Source of the DNA: a virus
Lineage: Duplodnaviria; Caudoviricetes
Virus record (IMG/VR): IMGVR_UViG_3300042522_000042
Coordinates: 1-39,222 of that record
Reading direction: 5' to 3' (one strand)
Length of the DNA stretch: 39,222 nucleotides
Position 1 is the stretch's first letter; each line of letters begins with the position of its first letter. The translations under genes and the position numbers were made by a program. The notes below the pieces were generated by a model. That model saw only the letters and a program-made list of their open reading frames with translations. It did no database searches and had not been told where the DNA came from. Of this stretch, positions 34,643 to 39,222 are shown piece after piece.

Positions 34643-34817
34643 GTTTCTACATCATATAGTTAAGAAGCGCGAGCGCGATGAAGAGTATCGAACATTAATG
34701 ATAGAGCCACCAACTCTAAGAATACCTAGTGCTCTGCTAGATGCAATCAATCGTGACATGGAAAGACAGTACAGGTACAGAGACCCATGGGCTGGAGAGG
34801 AAGAAGCAAATGGCTAG
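34635..34817 (+). CDS. Hypothetical protein
   Basis: Overlaps both neighbours; MTEFLH N-terminus. Confidence 0.6.
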   Translation: MTEFLHHIVKKRERDEEYRTLMIEPPTLRIPSALLDAINRDMERQYRYRDPWAGEEEANG

Positions 34818-34986
34818 CTATGAATACAAGTGTGAAGTTGACTCAAGCACTATCACAATCAGTAGGGGTATGACCGAACAGGAAATCATACCTTACTGCG
34901 ACAGTTGTAATGAGCCAATGGTAAGGGTGTACAGTGCACCACCTGTCAAGTTCAATGGCAGTGGATTCTATTCAACAGGAGGATAA
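34810..34986 (+). CDS. FmdB-like Zn-ribbon protein
   Basis: MASYEYKC...CDSCNEPMVRVYS...FNGSGFYST; likely start ATG 34810. Confidence 0.8.
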   Translation: MASYEYKCEVDSSTITISRGMTEQEIIPYCDSCNEPMVRVYSAPPVKFNGSGFYSTGG

Positions 34987-35100
34987 ATGGAAGATAGTGA
35001 AGAAACATTTATTTGCTGGCGCTGTGAAGAGAAAACACATTTAGATTACCAATACGTGATGGGATTAAAATATGTATGTGAAGGGTGTTACGATGGTTGA
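34987..35100 (+). CDS. Small Zn-finger protein, 37 aa (not in ORF track)
   Basis: AGGAGG RBS; CWRC...CEGC. Confidence 0.6.
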   Translation: MEDSEETFICWRCEEKTHLDYQYVMGLKYVCEGCYDG

Positions 35101-35314
35101 TTGTGTAGTATGCGATAGCGGTGGTTGTTCAGCCTGTGATGTACAGTCTGATGAACTACAGTTCGCTAGCATGAAAGAGATTGAAGAGTTCTACAATGTA
35201 AACGGGGAAGCATTACATGTTGACCCAGCAGAGCTGGACTTAGAGGGCATGATACAAGAGATGATAGATTCAGAGGTTGATTTTGATAGAGAGTTTGACC
35301 CTGATGCAGAGTAA
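35093..35314 (+). CDS. Acidic protein with N-terminal CxxC pairs
   Basis: MVDCVVCDSGGCSAC then D/E-rich tail. Confidence 0.6.
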   Translation: MVDCVVCDSGGCSACDVQSDELQFASMKEIEEFYNVNGEALHVDPAELDLEGMIQEMIDSEVDFDREFDPDAE

Positions 35315-35346
35315 AGAGCGCGAGATGAGTTCATTCCGCGCCCTTT
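35314..35346. terminator. Possible terminator at the convergence of early and replication arms
   Basis: Imperfect GCGCG...CGCGC stem with short T run. Confidence 0.4.
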
Positions 35347-35367
35347 CAATCATATCAGTAGTGTTCC

Positions 35368-36060
35368 TTACTGCTCTGACTCTATTGGTGTACCTAATTC
35401 TTGGTATGATGAGTCTTCTGATGGCTCTGTTTCCGTGGGCTCCATGATGTCGTTATCATAGAATGGTTTGAAGCCACCAAGTTTATTGACCAGTCGCTTG
35501 ACAGCTCTGTTACCTCTCATGCGTGCTGCGTCATCACTACCTAGTGATAAGTAATTGCTTATCTCTTTGTAGTCCATAGACTCTGCATATCGGAAGAAGA
35601 GTATCTTTCTATCCTCTTTACTTAACTTCCAGTATGCGGAGTCTATCTCCATCATCATGACAGATAAGTTTCCACCTTCTGATGGGGCGCTTGGACGCCC
35701 TGGTCTACCTAAGTTTAACTTATGAGTAACACCATACTCGTTACGCAACACAGCAGGGAGCAGTGCTTCTACAACATCTGCCTCATAGTAATACAAGTCA
35801 GACACATCATAACCAACTGACTTTGCCTTCCACTTCTGACAGTAATCTAATGCATGGTTGCGAAGGCTACGGTAGATAAGGTTCTTTGCATCCTTGTTAC
35901 CTATCTTCTCCCACTCAGCTACCTTGTTAGGGTGCTTAGCAAACCACTCATATAAACTCTGCTTGATATCTTCAAGTTCAACCATGTCAAACTTGCGATG
36001 ATACTCAGAGGCTACTGCCGTGATTACATATTCCCACGGCTCAATTTGTTGCCAGTTCAT
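35368..36060 (-). CDS. Sigma-factor-like protein (region 2 and region 4 HTH)
   Basis: EDIKQSLYEW, LRNHALDYC, LSKEDRKILFFRY..MDYKEIS. Confidence 0.75.
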   Translation of the reverse strand: MNWQQIEPWEYVITAVASEYHRKFDMVELEDIKQSLYEWFAKHPNKVAEWEKIGNKDAKNLIYRSLRNHALDYCQKWKAKSVGYDVSDLYYYEADVVEALLPAVLRNEYGVTHKLNLGRPGRPSAPSEGGNLSVMMMEIDSAYWKLSKEDRKILFFRYAESMDYKEISNYLSLGSDDAARMRGNRAVKRLVNKLGGFKPFYDNDIMEPTETEPSEDSSYQELGTPIESEQ

Positions 36061-36451
36061 TTGCCTTTGCTTTCTTGTATAGTCGTGTCGCTGACATTAA
36101 ATCATCTACTGTAATCAAGAATCCCTTAGACAGATTAGGTGGTATGTTGCACGTAATCTCTCTACCAAATTCTTTTACTGCATAACGCAACGCATCTGTT
36201 GGGACAATGAGTGTGCTCTCTTCAAGCACGAACGCCCAGTAAGCAGCCTCAGTTACACCTAACCCTGAAGGTGCCCAGTCCTCAATCTTCTTGAAGAAGC
36301 ACTCAGTCTCGATGTATAGGTTGTTAGTCTTAGCCCACTTGCGGTCGCGCTTAACTTCGACAGTACGTCCACCAGTAAGCAACTCATCTACTAACTGCTC
36401 GCCCTTGCGTCCGTATCCAAAGTCTAAATCGAATGAAGATTTGTTAGTCAT
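36041..36451 (-). CDS. PD-(D/E)XK nuclease-like protein
   Basis: FDLDF, GE, TVEVKRD, NLYIE motifs; start probably ATG 36451. Confidence 0.65.
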   Translation of the reverse strand: MTNKSSFDLDFGYGRKGEQLVDELLTGGRTVEVKRDRKWAKTNNLYIETECFFKKIEDWAPSGLGVTEAAYWAFVLEESTLIVPTDALRYAVKEFGREITCNIPPNLSKGFLITVDDLMSATRLYKKAKANELATN

Positions 36452-36830
36452 TGTCCCATTGCTTTCGTAAAACCAGCAACCCAATGATTGCATAGTTAGC
36501 CATGTCCTTGAAGGAATCTTCTAAGGATTCGTGCTCAGGGTTTGCACCGCTGTCAATCAGGTTATTGATTCGTGCTAACTTATCATGCATACGTACACGC
36601 AAGCCATTGATTGCACCACCTGGTGCTTGTGAAATATTCTTAGGACCATAGTCCTTATGCTTACTCAGCAACAACTCAGACAACTCATTGATTGTGTTGC
36701 TAAGGTGCACCTCTAGGTGGAGCTCGCGTGTAATAGCGGTATCGTTAAAGTTACTTTCAACCGTGCGTCGTCCTTCGAGACCGACTCGATTGGTAATCCT
36801 AACCCCGTTAGATACTGGATAATCTGCCAT
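36444..36830 (-). CDS. DUF1599 / nucleotide-modification-associated domain protein
   Basis: KHKDYG, RMHDKLARI, ESLEDSFKDMANYAII. Confidence 0.8.
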   Translation of the reverse strand: MADYPVSNGVRITNRVGLEGRRTVESNFNDTAITRELHLEVHLSNTINELSELLLSKHKDYGPKNISQAPGGAINGLRVRMHDKLARINNLIDSGANPEHESLEDSFKDMANYAIIGLLVLRKQWDND

Positions 36831-36847
36831 ATTTCTTCACTCTCCAT
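36713..36847 (-). CDS. Possible overlapping small protein, 44 aa
   Basis: MESEEIWQIIQYLTGLGLPIESVSKDDARLKVTLTIPLLHASST; starts within the end of the upstream gene. Confidence 0.4.
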   Translation of the reverse strand: MESEEIWQIIQYLTGLGLPIESVSKDDARLKVTLTIPLLHASST

Positions 36848-37175
36848 CTTCGAGTAGCTGTTTAAGTTCATCATCAATTCCCACCATACTAGAGTCAACA
36901 ATCATATCTTCAATAACTTCAAGCACCGTACTTGGGTCTGTCTCTGCGGAGAACAAAGTCATGTACGTGTCCTGTGTTATCGTTCGTATCTGTTCAGGTT
37001 GCTCTGCGTAGCGGTACATACAACGTAACAACGAACCAATCATAAGGCGATAGCCATTAGGCAATACCAATGCTGGGTCGAACTCTTCATCATCTTCAAG
37101 TAAATGGTCTGTTGCTTCGAACACATTGTCAAAGTGCTGTCCACATTCTGGACAAGGATTAATCTTATTCTTCAT
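36837..37175 (-). CDS. C2H2-like Zn-finger protein
   Basis: CPECGQHFDNVFEATDH. Confidence 0.65.
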   Translation of the reverse strand: MKNKINPCPECGQHFDNVFEATDHLLEDDEEFDPALVLPNGYRLMIGSLLRCMYRYAEQPEQIRTITQDTYMTLFSAETDPSTVLEVIEDMIVDSSMVGIDDELKQLLEDGE

Positions 37176-37803
37176 TTGTTAATCCCATCTTTTCTTTAAT
37201 GAAACCCGCACCGTACTTTGTGTACGCCGAATTAACATCTTCCCCGTCACCGAATCCCACGATAGTGACTGGTAGTTCTCTTGCCAAACTGTTTGCGAAC
37301 TCTCGTCCTGGTCCGTCTCCGTCTGCGAAAACAAAGATGCGCTCGAAGTCAGCAAGTAATCTTGTGTAATGTTTCTTCCATGAGTTTGCTCCTGGGACTC
37401 CGACGCATGGGATTCCAACACATCGTGACATAGTAAGAGTGTCGAGTTCACCTTCGCATACTCCAATCCAATCGCCTGCTCGTTCAATATCTAATACGTT
37501 ATACATCTTCGTGTCTGCACCTACCATACCCATGTACTTAGGTTCAACGGCAGGGTTGAGTGAGCGAAAGCGTATGTCTACAATGCCTGACTTAGTTACA
37601 TAAGGTATACTAAGCCTGCCAGTATACTGTTCGTGTCCTGGTTCAGGCTCCGCGACTACGCCTAATCGTGCCAACCGCGCTACTTCCAGAGTTATACCTC
37701 TGCTTCGAAGGTAGGCCTCTGCCTGATAGATGTTTTCCTGGTACTTTTTGGACGCTATGCCCAAGAGTTCCTTCTGCGAATTTTGCTGCCCCACGTATGT
37801 CAC
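37165..37803 (-). CDS. DNA primase, TOPRIM part
   Basis: GRLSIPY, KYM, VCEGELD, FADGDGPG, DVN. Confidence 0.88.
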   Translation of the reverse strand: MTYVGQQNSQKELLGIASKKYQENIYQAEAYLRSRGITLEVARLARLGVVAEPEPGHEQYTGRLSIPYVTKSGIVDIRFRSLNPAVEPKYMGMVGADTKMYNVLDIERAGDWIGVCEGELDTLTMSRCVGIPCVGVPGANSWKKHYTRLLADFERIFVFADGDGPGREFANSLARELPVTIVGFGDGEDVNSAYTKYGAGFIKEKMGLTNEE

Positions 37804-38017
37804 ATCCTTCTTGTTGTGCTATGATTTGTAAACTGTTTCCTTGTACACCGCAGGCAAAGCATACGAATAAGTTCTCGTCTAAGTTTGCCGTTCCACTTTG
37901 ATGTGAGTCACCATGAAACGGACACTTAAGATTGACTTGCCCATGGTCACGACGCATACTAGCACCGTAGTGTTCTAGTACAGCCTTGATGCTGGGCAAA
38001 TCATTCACCGAATACAT
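37643..38017 (-). CDS. DNA primase, CHC2 Zn-finger part
   Basis: CPFHGD...FVCFACG..G. Confidence 0.88.
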   Translation of the reverse strand: MYSVNDLPSIKAVLEHYGASMRRDHGQVNLKCPFHGDSHQSGTANLDENLFVCFACGVQGNSLQIIAQQEGCDIRGAAKFAEGTLGHSVQKVPGKHLSGRGLPSKQRYNSGSSAVGTIRRSRGA

Positions 38018-38369
38018 CTCCTAATCGTAATACTAAATATGAATCTGCTATTGACTTTCCTCTAGCTTTGATAAGTAATGCTGGGAGGACGGTGTCACGG
38101 TCGATACCCCTTGCTTCCGCATAATGCGTTGCTTCAATCTGTGCTTCTTTCGTCCACCCACTAAGGTCAATGGCGTTACCTGCACCTGGTGCTTTACATT
38201 CGATGATGCCAATGCTTCCAAGGAAGTCTTTGCGGACAACAACGTCGCCCTCATCTCGTGCACCTGTTCGAGCAAGTCGTTCACTATCGTATCCATTTGC
38301 TCGAAACCAATCTCGGATGTCGGTTTCAAAGGTTGCACCTCTAGCCTTGTGGCTTTTCCGTGTCGTCAT
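38001..38369 (-). CDS. Holliday junction resolvase-like PD-(D/E)XK nuclease
   Basis: KARGATFE, DEGD, IECK. Confidence 0.8.
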   Translation of the reverse strand: MTTRKSHKARGATFETDIRDWFRANGYDSERLARTGARDEGDVVVRKDFLGSIGIIECKAPGAGNAIDLSGWTKEAQIEATHYAEARGIDRDTVLPALLIKARGKSIADSYLVLRLGDVFGE

Positions 38370-38517
38370 CTACTTCGTATTCCTTTGGTAGTTCGAACTT
38401 CTCAATGACTGTGCGTAATCTATCTTCGTACTCTTTAGTTAGTGCAGCTACTGCATCTTGCCAGCCTTCGACATATGCTTCTTGCTTCATAATTTTTAAT
38501 GTCTTTTCCATTAGCAT
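38341..38517 (-). CDS. Small helical protein, 58 aa (not in ORF track)
   Basis: GAGGAG RBS; MLMEKTLKIMKQEAYVEGWQDAVAALTKEYEDRLR... Confidence 0.7.
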   Translation of the reverse strand: MLMEKTLKIMKQEAYVEGWQDAVAALTKEYEDRLRTVIEKFELPKEYEVDDDTEKPQG

Positions 38518-38526
38518 TCTTTCTCC

Positions 38527-39054
38527 TCATTCTTTTGTTTGTCCAGCGAATATATCTAACGTATCCATAGGATACAGATGTTGTGGTGGTACGTACCAAG
38601 TTTTTTCATTATACCTAAACTCGTTCTTCTTGCATTGACTTCCGTGTGACCAACCAATTGCTCGGTATGGAGCACCTAACCAATCTGGTCCTACACGTCT
38701 TGTCTTATGGCGCATGCCGTCTGACATTAAGATATAGACCAAAGAGTCATCATCACGACTGGTATATCTTAACTTAGGTTGGTCGCTAAATGTATAGCGA
38801 ACCTCACCAAGTCCAGGGATATCTAATTCTGTTTTCCATTTATTAAAATGTGGTACAAAATCTGTCTTACCAATCATGCGAGCGAATGCTAACTCACTAC
38901 CAGCAGCAACAGCATGTTGCCATAACTCCCAAAGGTCTCCCTCTGAATAGTTAACATTCTTAGTTGGGTCTCCGAAGTACACCTTTTGTCTTTGATATCC
39001 AACCTCTACTGCGATTGCTTCTTCTTGTGGTGTCAGAGAATATGATGTAATCAT
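38527..39054 (-). CDS. Hypothetical protein, possibly a degenerate PD-(D/E)XK fold
   Basis: AGSELAFA...LDIPGLGEVR; ATGA-coupled to the helicase stop. Confidence 0.6.
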   Translation of the reverse strand: MITSYSLTPQEEAIAVEVGYQRQKVYFGDPTKNVNYSEGDLWELWQHAVAAGSELAFARMIGKTDFVPHFNKWKTELDIPGLGEVRYTFSDQPKLRYTSRDDDSLVYILMSDGMRHKTRRVGPDWLGAPYRAIGWSHGSQCKKNEFRYNEKTWYVPPQHLYPMDTLDIFAGQTKE

Positions 39055-39057
39055 ACG

Positions 39058-39222
39058 TTCTCTGGTATATCATCAATGAACATGTACTCAGGATTAAAAG
39101 CAACCCATGTCATGAGTCCTCCTCCTGCGTCAGCTCTACCGTATCTATTCTTAACAGGTGCAACACCCATAGAAGTACCAACAACGCCGAGGGTGCATAT
39201 AAGAGCAGGAAGTTGAGCAACC
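39058..39222. repeat. Terminal direct repeat, right copy (helicase 3' end)
   Basis: Matches 19..183 with one substitution. Confidence 0.95.

Noticed and set aside
39058-39222. Biological terminal repeat of the virion DNA
   Set aside because: Falls inside the helicase gene and the exact part is 126 nt, consistent with a k-mer assembly overlap

Overview
The window is an essentially complete, circularly closing genome of a tailed phage, about 39,039 bp per unit (58..183 recurs exactly at 39097..39222). It has podovirus-like architecture: portal, large internal-virion proteins and no tape measure or sheath. A WhiB gene, an SLT-type transglycosylase and a probable leaderless gene point to an actinobacterial host; a low-GC freshwater lineage is my inference. 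Layout: (i) leftward replication arm (35368..39222 plus 1..2085) with a split Cas4/RecB-like nuclease, helicase, resolvase, split primase, DUF1599 and a sigma-like factor, but no recognisable DNA polymerase or integrase; (ii) leftward packaging, structural and lysis arm (2499..28665) with terminase, portal, a proteasome-beta-like protease, scaffold, capsid, six Lys-rich miniproteins, several tail fibres, a glycosyltransferase and lysis genes; (iii) a ~0.9 kb non-coding control region; (iv) a rightward early arm (29366..35314) with four tandem sigma70-type promoters, candidate structured RNAs including a tRNA-like mini-element, an amidoligase plus class II glutamine amidotransferase pair, and many small Zn-finger or acidic proteins. 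All product calls rest on motif recognition by eye; no searches were run.
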